A DNA stretch of 64,000 nucleotides. Origin: Cenarchaeum sp. (GTDB taxonomy: Archaea; Thermoproteota; Nitrososphaeria; Nitrososphaerales; Nitrosopumilaceae). The stretch is from NCBI GenBank assembly GCA_965242695.1, contig CBDESU010000002.1:1088001-1152000 (forward strand), in the 5' to 3' direction. A program made the position numbers and the translations under genes. Positions 40,192-50,033 of this stretch are shown here, one piece after another; the stretch's first letter is position 1; each line of letters starts with the position of its first letter. A model generated the notes under the pieces. It worked only from the letters and a program-made list of their open reading frames with translations, had not been told where the DNA came from and searched no databases.

Positions 40192-40467
40192 ATGAGGCCC
40201 CAACGAACCGTCATCTTGCTGGCACTGGCCGCGCTCGCATCGACGCCTGCCGCGGCCTTGCCCGCCGCCTGGGCTGCCGGCGGCGACGAGCCGGGCGAGT
40301 ACCTAGACAGGCGCACCGAGATTTGGAACCTGTTCTTCCGCCTCATGGTCGTCGCGTTCACCATCGGGGCGATCGTCTCGGGGACCATCATCTGGCAGGT
40401 GTGGCGGTTCAGGGAGTCGAACCCGAACGCAAAGCCGACCCCCTACGAGGAGAAGGGTGAGTGGTGA
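40192..40467 (+). CDS. Small membrane protein heading the cox operon (resembles the subunit II N-terminal TM part)
   Basis: Signal peptide, IWNLF-TM-WRFRE; overlaps the start of coxB. Confidence 0.75.
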   Translation: MRPQRTVILLALAALASTPAAALPAAWAAGGDEPGEYLDRRTEIWNLFFRLMVVAFTIGAIVSGTIIWQVWRFRESNPNAKPTPYEEKGEW

Positions 40468-40895
40468 TGGGGGGGCACTCGAACTGGCCGGAGTGGATAT
40501 ACATCGGCGTCATTGTCGCCCTGCTCGTATGGGTAGGAGCCGAGGCGTGGAACGTCGAGCGCCTCATCGAGCACGTCCCCGAGGACGCCAAGGTCATCAA
40601 GGTGACCGGCCAGCAGTGGTTCTGGTCGTTCGAGCACGAGGACGGCACGACCGAGATCGGCGAGCTGCACCTGGAGACGGGCAAGGCCTACAAGTTCGAG
40701 GTGACCTCTACGGACGTCATACACTCGTTCAACATACACGACTATGTGGTCCTCATGGATGCGGTTCCGGGCAGGGTCAACACGGTCTGGTTCGCCCCGA
40801 CCGAGGCCGGCGAGCACGACATACAGTGCAGGGAGTACTGCGGCCTCATCCACTACAACATGAGGGCAAAGCTCTACGTGGAGGATCCGGCATGA
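40467..40895 (+). CDS. coxB: Heme-copper oxidase subunit II (CuA)
   Basis: Motifs GQQWFW.F, DVIHSF, DAVPG and CREYCGLIHYNM. Confidence 0.93.
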   Translation: MGGHSNWPEWIYIGVIVALLVWVGAEAWNVERLIEHVPEDAKVIKVTGQQWFWSFEHEDGTTEIGELHLETGKAYKFEVTSTDVIHSFNIHDYVVLMDAVPGRVNTVWFAPTEAGEHDIQCREYCGLIHYNMRAKLYVEDPA

Positions 40896-40947
40896 CCCGC
40901 GGAGCGGCCCCCCGCGGCGGGGACGTGCAAGGGAGGCGCGATTCCTG

Positions 40948-42474
40948 ATGGTTCTCGAGATGGGCCGGCCGCGGCCGATATGGCAGATCATGTTCTCGAC
41001 GCACCACACCGACGTCGGGCTGCTCTACCTGATCACGTCGCTTGCGTTCCTGTTCATGGGCGGCGCCCTGGCCCTGGCCATACGCCTCGAGCTGTTCCTG
41101 CCCGGCGCGCAGTTCATCGCCGACTCGATGACGTTCAACCGCATATTCACGGTGCACGGGACGACCCTGATATTCCTGTTCATACTACCGTTCGCGTCTG
41201 CCGTCGGCAACTACTTTGTCCCCATAATGGTCCGCTACAAGGACATGGCGTACCCAAAGCTCAACGCGATCGCGTTCTGGATGATCCCGCCGTCGGGGGC
41301 CCTCATCTGGCTCGGCTTTGCCGACTTTACGTGGTACGCGACGCCGCCCTACTCTATCATCAGCGCGCCGGGGCCGGCGGCCGACATGTGGATATTCGGG
41401 CTAAAGATACTCGGCGTCTCGTCCATACTCGGCTCGATCAACTTTGTCGTGACGATACTAAAGTGCAAGCACCCGGACATGTCGATAGGCCAGATACCGC
41501 TGCTCGCGTGGTCGTTCCTCTCGTCGTCGCTGATCATACTCGTGGCCCTGCCGACGTTCGCCGCCGCCCTGCTCATGCTGCTCACCGACCGCCTCGGCGT
41601 GACGGGCTTCTTCAACCCCGTCATGGGAGGCGACCCGATAGCGTACGCGCACCTGTTCTGGTTTACGTTCCACCCAGAGGTGTACGTTCTGGTCATACCC
41701 GCAATCGGCATGATGTACGAGATCATACCGCGCTTCTCGCGCAAGCCGATATTCAGCTACAACTCTGGCATCTTCGCGTTCGTCCTGCTCTCGATAGTCG
41801 GGTTCGCGTCGTGGGCGCACCACATGTACGCGACGGGCATGTCGTTCACGGAAAAGACGGTCTTCATGGTCGGCACACTCGCGGCCGTGCCGGCGTCGGC
41901 CATGCACGTCTTCAACTTCATCGCGACGATGTGGAACGGGCGCATAAAGTTCGCATCGCCGATGATGTGGTCGGTCGGCGGCATCGCGCTGTTCTTCTCG
42001 GCAGGGGCCGGCGGGGTCGTCAACGCGGCGATGCCGCTGGACTTTACGACCCACGACACGTACTGGGTCGTCGGGCACTTCCACCTGTTCGTCATGGGGA
42101 CGATCGCGTTCGGCTCGATAGGCTACCTCTACTACATGTTCCCGTACGTGACGGGCCGCATGTACAACGAGGCCCTCGGCAAGGTCCACTTTGTCATGTC
42201 GTTCGTCGGCGCCGTCCTCGTGTTCTTCACGCAGCACGTGCTCGGGCTGTACGGCATGCCGCGCCGCATCTACGACTATCCGCCCATACCCGAGTGGATT
42301 GCGATGAACCAGATCGCGACGATCGGGGCGATGCTCATCGGCATCAGCATGGCGCTGTTCCTCGGCAACATCATACACTCGTCGGCAAAGGGGAGGCCGG
42401 CGAACATGGACGATCCGTGGGGGCTCGGCGGCAAGTACTACTACCCGTACCAGAACAAGAACCCGCAGCACTAG
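40948..42474 (+). CDS. coxA: Heme-copper oxidase subunit I
   Basis: Motifs TVHG, HLFWFTFHPEVY, WAHHM and HDTYWVVGHFH. Confidence 0.97.
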   Translation: MVLEMGRPRPIWQIMFSTHHTDVGLLYLITSLAFLFMGGALALAIRLELFLPGAQFIADSMTFNRIFTVHGTTLIFLFILPFASAVGNYFVPIMVRYKDMAYPKLNAIAFWMIPPSGALIWLGFADFTWYATPPYSIISAPGPAADMWIFGLKILGVSSILGSINFVVTILKCKHPDMSIGQIPLLAWSFLSSSLIILVALPTFAAALLMLLTDRLGVTGFFNPVMGGDPIAYAHLFWFTFHPEVYVLVIPAIGMMYEIIPRFSRKPIFSYNSGIFAFVLLSIVGFASWAHHMYATGMSFTEKTVFMVGTLAAVPASAMHVFNFIATMWNGRIKFASPMMWSVGGIALFFSAGAGGVVNAAMPLDFTTHDTYWVVGHFHLFVMGTIAFGSIGYLYYMFPYVTGRMYNEALGKVHFVMSFVGAVLVFFTQHVLGLYGMPRRIYDYPPIPEWIAMNQIATIGAMLIGISMALFLGNIIHSSAKGRPANMDDPWGLGGKYYYPYQNKNPQH

Positions 42475-42504
42475 GAGATTGATGGGCAAGGAGGAGATGG
42501 TAGA

Positions 42505-44109
42505 GTGTCACAACAGAGCGAGGGGCCGGCCGGAAGCGCCATCTACAGGACGACGCCGGCGCGCACGGTGAGGATGATGGCGATCATGCTCGGCATCTGC
42601 GTGGCGGGGGGAGGCATATTCTTCGGCATGTGGGACTATTGGATATCGCAGACGCCGCCGGTCGTCGAGGTCATGGCAGGCAGCACGGCGCCCGAGGCCG
42701 TCGAGGTCGAGCTTACGGGCGTCGAGCTGCCCGTGTCGCTGTCGTTCGTAGAGTCCGACAACCTCATAGTGCTCTCGTTCAACGCGCAGCCGGGCGAGCC
42801 GGGCCGCAACCCGACCATCGAGGCCGACGTGGGCGACAAGATACTGTTCGACGTGGTCAACGACGGGATATCCTTCCACTCGTTCGGCGTGACGGCCGAC
42901 ATAGAGGGCACGGGCGGCATCTATCCGGGCTCAGAGGTCGCATCCCCGAACAACCCCCTGACAGGCGGGCAGAGCGGCACGTCCGAGTTTGTCGCGCCCG
43001 AGGACGGCATCTACTACTACATCTGCACCGTTCCGGGCCACCGGCTCCAGGGCATGGAGGGCATGATCGTGGTCGGCGACGTGGACGCGTCCGAGGTGGA
43101 GGCGGCCGAGGCGGCCGCCGCCGAGGCGCCAGCGGCTGCCGAGGATGTTCCGGCCGTCGACAGGGTCTTTGTCGAGGGCCTTGACGGCGCGATATCGATC
43201 CCCGAGGGCTCGTCCGTCGCCGGATGCGAGGCGACCGACGAGTGCTACATCCCGGCAGGCGTGTCCGTAGAGCCGGGGACGACCGTGGTGTGGTCCAACG
43301 ACGACACGGCGGCCCACACGGTGACGAGCTCGCCCGACTCGCCGATGTCGTTCGACAGCGGCCTGTTCATGGCAGGCGACACGTTTGAGGTCACGTTCGA
43401 TGACCCCGGCGAGTACCCGTACTGGTGCATCGTCCACCCGTGGATGACGGGGACGGTCCTCGTCGGGGATGCGGCAGCCATGGCGGCGGACTCTGGCGAC
43501 GCCATGGCCGACGACGCCATGGCCGACGACGCCATGGCCGACGACGCCATGGCCGACGACGCCATGGCCGACGACGCCATGGCCGACGACGCCATGGCCG
43601 ACGACGCCATGGCCGACGACGCCATGGCCGACGACGCCATGGCCGACGACGCCATGGCCGACGACGCCATGGCCGACGACGCCATGGCCGACGACGCCAT
43701 GGCCGACGACGCCATGGCCGACGGCACGGAAGTCAGCGACTCGGCCACCGCGGTAAAGTCCCCCGCCTCATCCGAAGGGGACGAGGCCGCCAGCAGCGGC
43801 GCGGGCGCCCCGGTCGAGCTCGACGGCCCCATATCGCTCCCGGCCGGCTCTTCGATCGCAGGGTGCGAGAGGACGGACGAGTGCTACATCCCGTCGTCGG
43901 TCGTGGTCCCGGCGGGAACGACCGTGGTGTGGTCCAACGACGACACGGCGGCCCACACGGTGACGAGCTCGCCCGACTCGCCGATGTCGTTCGACAGCAG
44001 CCTGTTCATGCCCGACACTACGTTCGAGGTCACGTTCGACGACCCTGGCGAGTACCCGTACTGGTGCATCGTCCACCCGTGGATGGTCGGCACGGTGGTT
44101 GTAGAGTAG
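42505..44109 (+). CDS. Membrane-anchored multi-cupredoxin (three type-1 Cu domains) with (DDAMA)n linker
   Basis: [11 protein letters not shown] plus two copies of AAHTVT...[11 protein letters not shown]. Confidence 0.9.
   Translation: MSQQSEGPAGSAIYRTTPARTVRMMAIMLGICVAGGGIFFGMWDYWISQTPPVVEVMAGSTAPEAVEVELTGVELPVSLSFVESDNLIVLSFNAQPGEPGRNPTIEADVGDKILFDVVNDGISFHSFGVTADIEGTGGIYPGSEVASPNNPLTGGQSGTSEFVAPEDGIYYYICTVPGHRLQGMEGMIVVGDVDASEVEAAEAAAAEAPAAAEDVPAVDRVFVEGLDGAISIPEGSSVAGCEATDECYIPAGVSVEPGTTVVWSNDDTAAHTVTSSPDSPMSFDSGLFMAGDTFEVTFDDPGEYPYWCIVHPWMTGTVLVGDAAAMAADSGDAMADDAMADDAMADDAMADDAMADDAMADDAMADDAMADDAMADDAMADDAMADDAMADDAMADDAMADDAMADGTEVSDSATAVKSPASSEGDEAASSGAGAPVELDGPISLPAGSSIAGCERTDECYIPSSVVVPAGTTVVWSNDDTAAHTVTSSPDSPMSFDSSLFMPDTTFEVTFDDPGEYPYWCIVHPWMVGTVVVE
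43498..43722 (+). repeat. 15-bp perfect coding tandem repeat, 15 copies
   Basis: GACGCCATGGCCGAC x15, encoding DAMAD. Confidence 0.95.
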
Positions 44110-44116
44110 GACGGAA

Positions 44117-44593
44117 TTGGCCCTAAGGTACCTTGCGCTGTCGGCCCTGGCGGTCCTGTACTCGCTCATGTTCCTGGGCGGCTACGTCTCGGCCGCCGGG
44201 CTGGGCCTGTCGTGCCCCGACTGGCCGCTGTGCCCCGACGGCATAATGCCGGGCGAGGACTACTTTGTCGAGTGGCTGCACCGCCTCATCGCGGCGGCCG
44301 CCGGCGTCCTGATAGCCGCCACGGCGGTCGCCGTGTGGCTCAACAAGGCGGCCGACTCGAAGATAAGGGCGACGAGCGTTATTGCGGCGGCTCTTGTCGT
44401 GGTCCAGATCACGCTCGGCGCGATCGTGATAGACACGCTGCTCCACTCGGTGCTCGTGGCCGTCCACCTCGGGTTGGGGATACTCTTGTTTGCAATGTCG
44501 CTGCTTACCACGCTGTTCGCGTTCCGCATAGACCGCGGCGGCGGGGGCAGGCGCGTCACGTCCCCTGCGGCCTCGGCCGAGCCCGGGCAGTAG
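44117..44593 (+). CDS. ctaA: Heme A synthase, short (half-size) COX15/CtaA type
   Basis: Motifs GLSCPDWPLC, EWLHR, QITLG and H in the last helix. Confidence 0.88.
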   Translation: MALRYLALSALAVLYSLMFLGGYVSAAGLGLSCPDWPLCPDGIMPGEDYFVEWLHRLIAAAAGVLIAATAVAVWLNKAADSKIRATSVIAAALVVVQITLGAIVIDTLLHSVLVAVHLGLGILLFAMSLLTTLFAFRIDRGGGGRRVTSPAASAEPGQ

Positions 44594-44653
44594 CGGGGCG
44601 GCAGCCCCCGGCGGGGGCGGGGCGGCGATCGGCACTCCCCTGCCGGCCGCAGC

Positions 44654-45721
44654 TTGGGCGCTCGGCCGGATGCTCCAACGCATAATACCCGGCCTCCTCC
44701 GGACGACCCGGTGGCGGGTGCAACGTCCGGCCTCACGGCAGGGGGGCTTAGGAGGGAGATCGAGGAGCACGGCGGCGCGCGCAGGTATGCCGCCCTGCTG
44801 GAAAGGAGGGCGCGCCGCGGCCCCGGCGATCCGGGAGCGTACTGCGAGGCAGCCGTAATGCAGGTGGCGGCGAACCGCCCGGGCAGGGCCGTGTCGCTGC
44901 TGCGCGAGGCGCTGCGCATCGCACCCGGAATGCTGCCCGCGCATGTGGCCATGGCCCATGCCTACATGTGCGCGGGCCGCCATGCAAGGGCCGCAAGGTC
45001 GTGCAGGAGGGCCATCCGGCTGGATCCTGGCTCGGCCTACGCCCACATGCTGTACGGCAGGTCGATGATGCTCATGGGCCGGCCTGCTAGGGCGCTGCGC
45101 CTGCTCCGCGCCGCGGCCCGCCTCAACCCGGGCCTCGCCGGGGTGGACGAGGGCTTGGGCCATGTGCTGGACGCCATGGGGCGCTACAAGGAGGCCGCCG
45201 CCTGCTACAGGCGGGCCGCCGATGCCGACAGCGCGCCTGTCCACGCCGTCATGTGCGCCGGCGAATGCCTAGCAAAGGCCGGGCTGTTCAAGGATGCGCT
45301 GTCCGAGTTCGACAGGGCCGTCGAGATGGAGCCCGGCATGTCCCTGGCCCACATGTCGCGCGGCGACGCGCTGTCCGCGCTGGGGCGCCACTCGGAGGCG
45401 GCGGCATCGTACGAGGCGGCCACCGATGCCGACCCGGGCAACCCCTTCTTGTGGGCCGCCAAGGCCCTGTGCTACGGCAGGGCCGGCATGGCGGCAAGGG
45501 GGCGGGACAGCCTTGCAAGGGCCAGGGCACTGAGGCGGTCCGGCTCGCAGCCCAGCATCGACGGCCTGCAGCCAATGTTCGCCAACATAGTCGGCGGCAT
45601 GCAAGAGGAAGAGATGGCCGCATTCAGGGATGCCGCCTTTTCGGACGAGGAAACCGACAAGACCATTGCGGACGCAGACGAGGCCATTGCCTCCGCCGGG
45701 AAGGGGGCAGGAGAGCAGTAG
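44654..45721 (+). CDS. Tetratricopeptide-repeat protein
   Basis: Repeated A.....G....A....RA..L.P units. Confidence 0.85.
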   Translation: MGARPDAPTHNTRPPPDDPVAGATSGLTAGGLRREIEEHGGARRYAALLERRARRGPGDPGAYCEAAVMQVAANRPGRAVSLLREALRIAPGMLPAHVAMAHAYMCAGRHARAARSCRRAIRLDPGSAYAHMLYGRSMMLMGRPARALRLLRAAARLNPGLAGVDEGLGHVLDAMGRYKEAAACYRRAADADSAPVHAVMCAGECLAKAGLFKDALSEFDRAVEMEPGMSLAHMSRGDALSALGRHSEAAASYEAATDADPGNPFLWAAKALCYGRAGMAARGRDSLARARALRRSGSQPSIDGLQPMFANIVGGMQEEEMAAFRDAAFSDEETDKTIADADEAIASAGKGAGEQ

Positions 45722-45824
45722 GACAGCACGCTTCGCGGCGGCGGCGGAGGCGGCGCCCGCAGCGAAGGCGGGGCGGGCGGGGAGCCGCCGGCCGGACGGA
45801 TCGGGGCATTGCGCGCCCGCCCCT

Positions 45825-46430
45825 TCAGCCCCGCCCGCGCCGTCCCTGTCCCCACGGCACCCTGCCCGACACCCTCGGCAGGTAGATGTACGCCATCAGG
45901 ACGCCGAACACCGACGCGCCGACCGTGATGGAGACGATGAATATGTACCCGAACGGGCTCTGCGTGCTGAGGTTGAACGTGTACGTCACCGTCCTGCCGT
46001 CGCCGGCCATGTCGTACAGGTCGACGTACACGATGTGGTTGCCGGGGCTGTCAAAGACGAACGCGCCCTCCCAGTGGCTCCCCTCTATGGCGGCGGGGGG
46101 AACGGCGTGCACCTGCTCGCCGGCGAACGTAAACCTCATGCCCATCGTGAACCTCTCGACCTCTTCAAAGTCGGCGTCGGTCACCCTGATGAGGACCTGC
46201 GACTCCTCGCCGATCTGGGGAAACTCGGGGAGGGTCGCTATCTGCACCCTGAACCCCCCGACGAACTCCTCGGCCGAGTTGAACAGCGAGTGGGCGTGGG
46301 CCGCCGCCGGGCCGCCGCCACTGCCGGAGGAGGATGCCGCCGCCAGCGCCAGCACGGCAGCCGCGGCGACGGCGGCCACCGCCGGGGCGCCCCGGCGCGC
46401 GCGCGGGCCCCTCGCCCCGGCCCCCGCCAT
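45825..46430 (-). CDS. Exported membrane-anchored protein with Ig-like domain
   Basis: Signal peptide ending AHA-HS, beta-rich domain and C-terminal TM helix; shares a bidirectional TATA (46450-46459). Confidence 0.7.
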   Translation of the reverse strand: MAGAGARGPRARRGAPAVAAVAAAAVLALAAASSSGSGGGPAAAHAHSLFNSAEEFVGGFRVQIATLPEFPQIGEESQVLIRVTDADFEEVERFTMGMRFTFAGEQVHAVPPAAIEGSHWEGAFVFDSPGNHIVYVDLYDMAGDGRTVTYTFNLSTQSPFGYIFIVSITVGASVFGVLMAYIYLPRVSGRVPWGQGRRGRG

Positions 46431-46456
46431 GCGCGCGCGAGGGCGCCTAGCTATAA

Positions 46457-46975
<519 letters not shown>

Positions 46976-47035
46976 GGGTTTAGTCCAAACTAACTTTGTT
47001 TAGCTATAAATACAAAGTGCCGGCCGCCGCCGCCA

Positions 47036-47572
47036 ATGGCTATAGACGAAAAGTTCGTCGAGAACCTAGAGATCAGCGGGCAGACCGACCACTCTGACGG
47101 GGAGAACAAGCACTTCATCTGGGGGGCGGGCCGCAGCGACGGCGCCGCCTTCAGCAACGACCAGGTAAAGGCCGCGTACGAGGAAAAGGGCGAGGAGCAG
47201 GTGCCCCTCGGCATCCACGGCACGACGGTCGCCGTCGACTGGGACGAGTGCACCGCGCAGGGCTCGTGCATGAGCGTGTGCCCCGTGCAGACCTTCCAGT
47301 GGTACAGGACCGAGAAGGACATTCCGGCTGCCCAGTGCAACGGGGAGACCTTTGAGGGGACCGGCAACACCGAGCAGGACGAACGCCTAGACTACACGGA
47401 CAAGTCGCAGCCGATCCGCGAGCACGACTGCACGCAGTGCATGGCATGCCAGGAGGCATGCCCCGAGAGGGCCATACTCATCGAGCCCTCTTACCAGTCG
47501 TACCACGAAAAGGCCGCCGGCACGTACGTCAAGATGGACACGGGATCCGTCAACCCACACGCCCACGACTAG
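47036..47572 (+). CDS. Dicluster ferredoxin paralog
   Basis: CTAQGSCMSVCP and CTQCMACQEACP; LGIHGT.VAVD. Confidence 0.92.
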   Translation: MAIDEKFVENLEISGQTDHSDGENKHFIWGAGRSDGAAFSNDQVKAAYEEKGEEQVPLGIHGTTVAVDWDECTAQGSCMSVCPVQTFQWYRTEKDIPAAQCNGETFEGTGNTEQDERLDYTDKSQPIREHDCTQCMACQEACPERAILIEPSYQSYHEKAAGTYVKMDTGSVNPHAHD

Positions 47573-47574
47573 GG

Positions 47575-47588
47575 CTTTTTCATTTTTT
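47575..47588 (+). terminator. Oligo-T archaeal terminator candidate
   Basis: CTTTTTCATTTTTT directly after the ferredoxin stop codon. Confidence 0.5.
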
Positions 47589-47673
47589 CGACCGGTGCGC
47601 CGGCCGCGCCCGCCGCGGCAGGGGCCGCGCGCCCGCCCCAAACAGATTTTAGTGCGCCCGCCGGCCGTTCGCC

Positions 47674-47757
47674 GCAGAGGTCGCCTAGCCTGGTGGGGCG
47701 CGGGCCTTGAGAGTCTGTGCGACTTGTCGCGCGAGGGTTCGAATCCCTCTCTCTGCG
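47674..47757 (+). tRNA. tRNA-Ser(TGA)
   Basis: Acceptor stem GCAGAGG/TCTCTGC-G; anticodon loop CTTGAGA; long variable arm GCGAC-TT-GTCGC; T loop GGTTCGAATCC. Confidence 0.93.
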
Positions 47758-47774
47758 CTACAACGGCGCGGCCG

Positions 47775-48728
47775 CTACCTTTTGGCCGCGCCGAGCTCGG
47801 CCAGCATCGCCGACAGCTGGATCTCGGGGTTCGAGCCGGCGAGTATGCGGTAGTCGTACTTTGCCATGATCTGCAGGACCTCGGGCAGGCTCTCGCCGGC
47901 CTCCCTGTAGGCTGCGCTGCACGCGTACTTTAGAAAGTCCGAGTCGGACATGCCGTACACCCTTGTCAGCTCGATCATCTTCTCGCGCGCCTCGGCGAGC
48001 CTGCCCTCGAGCGCCGAGCGCACCACCCCGTCTACGTCGCCGGCCCTCGACAGGCCGGCGGCGGCCCTCACGCCGTCCTCGGTCACGGAGCCGGTCCCGG
48101 CCGCGGCCTGGAGTATGTTTATGGCGTTGCGCATGTCTCCGCCTGCGTAGTCGCACACGGCCTTGATCCCCTTTGCATCGGCCTTTACCTTCTCGGCCTT
48201 TGCAATCCTCTTGAGGCTGGCCGCGATGTCGTCGTCCGAGAGGGCCTTGAACTTGAAGACGGCGCACCTGCTCTGTATGGGGTCGATGATCCTCGATATG
48301 TTGTTGGCCACGAGTATGAACCTGCATATGCGCGAGGCGTCCTCGATGATGCGCCTGAGGGCCGTCTGCGCATCGGACGTCATCTCGTCGGCCTCGTCTA
48401 GTATGATGATCTTGAAGGGTATGTCGTCAAAGGCGGCAAAGTTCGAGAACCGCTTGACCTTTTCGCGGACCATGTTGATCCCGCGCTCGTCGGACGCGTT
48501 CAGCTCGAGCAGGTTGTCGCCAAGGTGGGCGCCGAGGACCTGGCGCGCGATGCACAGCGCCGTGGTCGTCTTGCCCACGCCGGCCGAGCCCGAGAACATG
48601 AGGTGCGGCATGTCGGCGGGGTTCTTGAGCAGCGCCTCTAGGCTGCCGACGGCGTCGGACTGGCCGGCCACGTCGGCGAGCTTCTGGGGCCTGTACTTTT
48701 CGACCCACATCGTCCCTCCGGGCGCCAT
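47775..48728 (-). CDS. rfcS: Replication factor C small subunit
   Basis: Motifs WVEKYRP, GSAGVGKTT, ELNASDERG, LDEAD and QSRC. Confidence 0.96.
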   Translation of the reverse strand: MAPGGTMWVEKYRPQKLADVAGQSDAVGSLEALLKNPADMPHLMFSGSAGVGKTTTALCIARQVLGAHLGDNLLELNASDERGINMVREKVKRFSNFAAFDDIPFKIIILDEADEMTSDAQTALRRIIEDASRICRFILVANNISRIIDPIQSRCAVFKFKALSDDDIAASLKRIAKAEKVKADAKGIKAVCDYAGGDMRNAINILQAAAGTGSVTEDGVRAAAGLSRAGDVDGVVRSALEGRLAEAREKMIELTRVYGMSDSDFLKYACSAAYREAGESLPEVLQIMAKYDYRILAGSNPEIQLSAMLAELGAAKR

Positions 48729-48761
48729 GCCCGGCCGTCGCCGGCGGCCCGCTATTAAGAT

Positions 48762-48872
48762 ACCACATACGGGCTCGGGGGGCGCGCGCGGCCTGCGCCA
48801 TGCGTCTTGCTATGCTCCTTTGCGGTCGCGTTGAACCACATACGGGCTCGGGGGGCGCGCGCGGCCTGCGCC
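48762..48872. repeat. 38-bp direct repeat upstream of the rfcS promoter
   Basis: ACCACATACGGGCTCGGGGGGCGCGCGCGGCCTGCGCC at 48762 and 48835. Confidence 0.85.
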
Positions 48873-49052
48873 CCCGCCGCGCGGCTGCCCCCTGACCGGC
48901 GGCGCGGGGCGTCTTCCGGCAGGCGGAGACCCGCTTGTGTAGGCCCCTTGCGGGGCTCGGTGCGTACAGGGGCGCGCTGCCACGCGTCCAGCGCCGGGCG
49001 TCGGGCGCCGGCTCGATGGCATCGCCTCCTCGAACGGGCGGTCGGCCTGGGG

Positions 49053-49394
49053 ATGAAGAGGGCCTGCGCTCAGTGCGGCAAGGACGCCGGCAGGTATGTC
49101 GTGGCGGCCCGTCTCTACGACAAGAGGAAGAGGGCTTGCGCTCAGTGCGGCAAGGACGCACTGCACATGCTGTTCATTGGGGGGGGGGGGTGGGTGGGTG
49201 GGTGGGCATGTACTGCAAGGAAGTGCAGGGTCAGGGTTCGCAGTGCGATGTCGTGGCGGGCCGATCATCTTTGCGTGCGCATCATGCGCATCGGGCCCCG
49301 GCCGGGGAGGCTCTCCATCCCCTGCGGACCGGCCGCGGCCGGCGGCGCCGTGGGATCAATGCTGGCCGTGGGAGGAGAGGATGCGATCGCCTAG
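49053..49394 (+). pseudogene. Decayed Zn-ribbon protein gene (tentative)
   Basis: Duplicated KRACAQCGKDA (49055-49087 and 49127-49159), G12 at 49179-49190, further Cys motifs in shifting frames. Confidence 0.35.
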
Positions 49395-50033
49395 CGAGGG
49401 CGCGTTGGGTGCGGCCGTGGAGGCGAAGGGAGGCGGCGGCGGCGGGTTGCCGCCGCTGTCTACAGGACGGGATCGTCGATCGTCACTGCCAGAGGGTTTG
49501 CGAGGATTCGGGACCGGGGCGCCTGGTACGGTGCAACACCGGGTGTGCTCGGCATTGACCTCAGCTCAACGGTGGTTCAACCGCTGCTTTTTTTAGGCGG
49601 CGCACGGCGATCGGGGACATGGGCAATTTGGGGACGCCCGAGGGGGTAGTTGCCGCTTCTCGGCCTTTGCTAGACATCGCCGGGGCGTCTGCCATTTCTA
49701 CAGGGGCGCGTTGGAGCGCGGCGCGATGTCAGGCCGCCTGTTCGAGGCTATCCAATACTTCGAACCGAGCCGCAGCGCAAAAAGCGCGCCCCGTGCGATG
49801 TGCTGATCGGCTGTTCGCAGTGCCGGGGCATGCGGGCAGGCAGGGCCAGGGCTGCGGCCACGGCCTTGTGGAACCTGCTGGCAGTTGGCGGGTCGAATAC
49901 GCCCGCGGCGTTCCCGTTGAGAGGATGCGGCCGCGGCCCTGCGGAGCCGTCAGGCGAGGGTTCGTTCCGGACAGCCGCGCGACGGCCAGTGGGGTGGCCC
50001 ACAACGCGCTTGCGCCTTACGGGAGGGTCCGAC

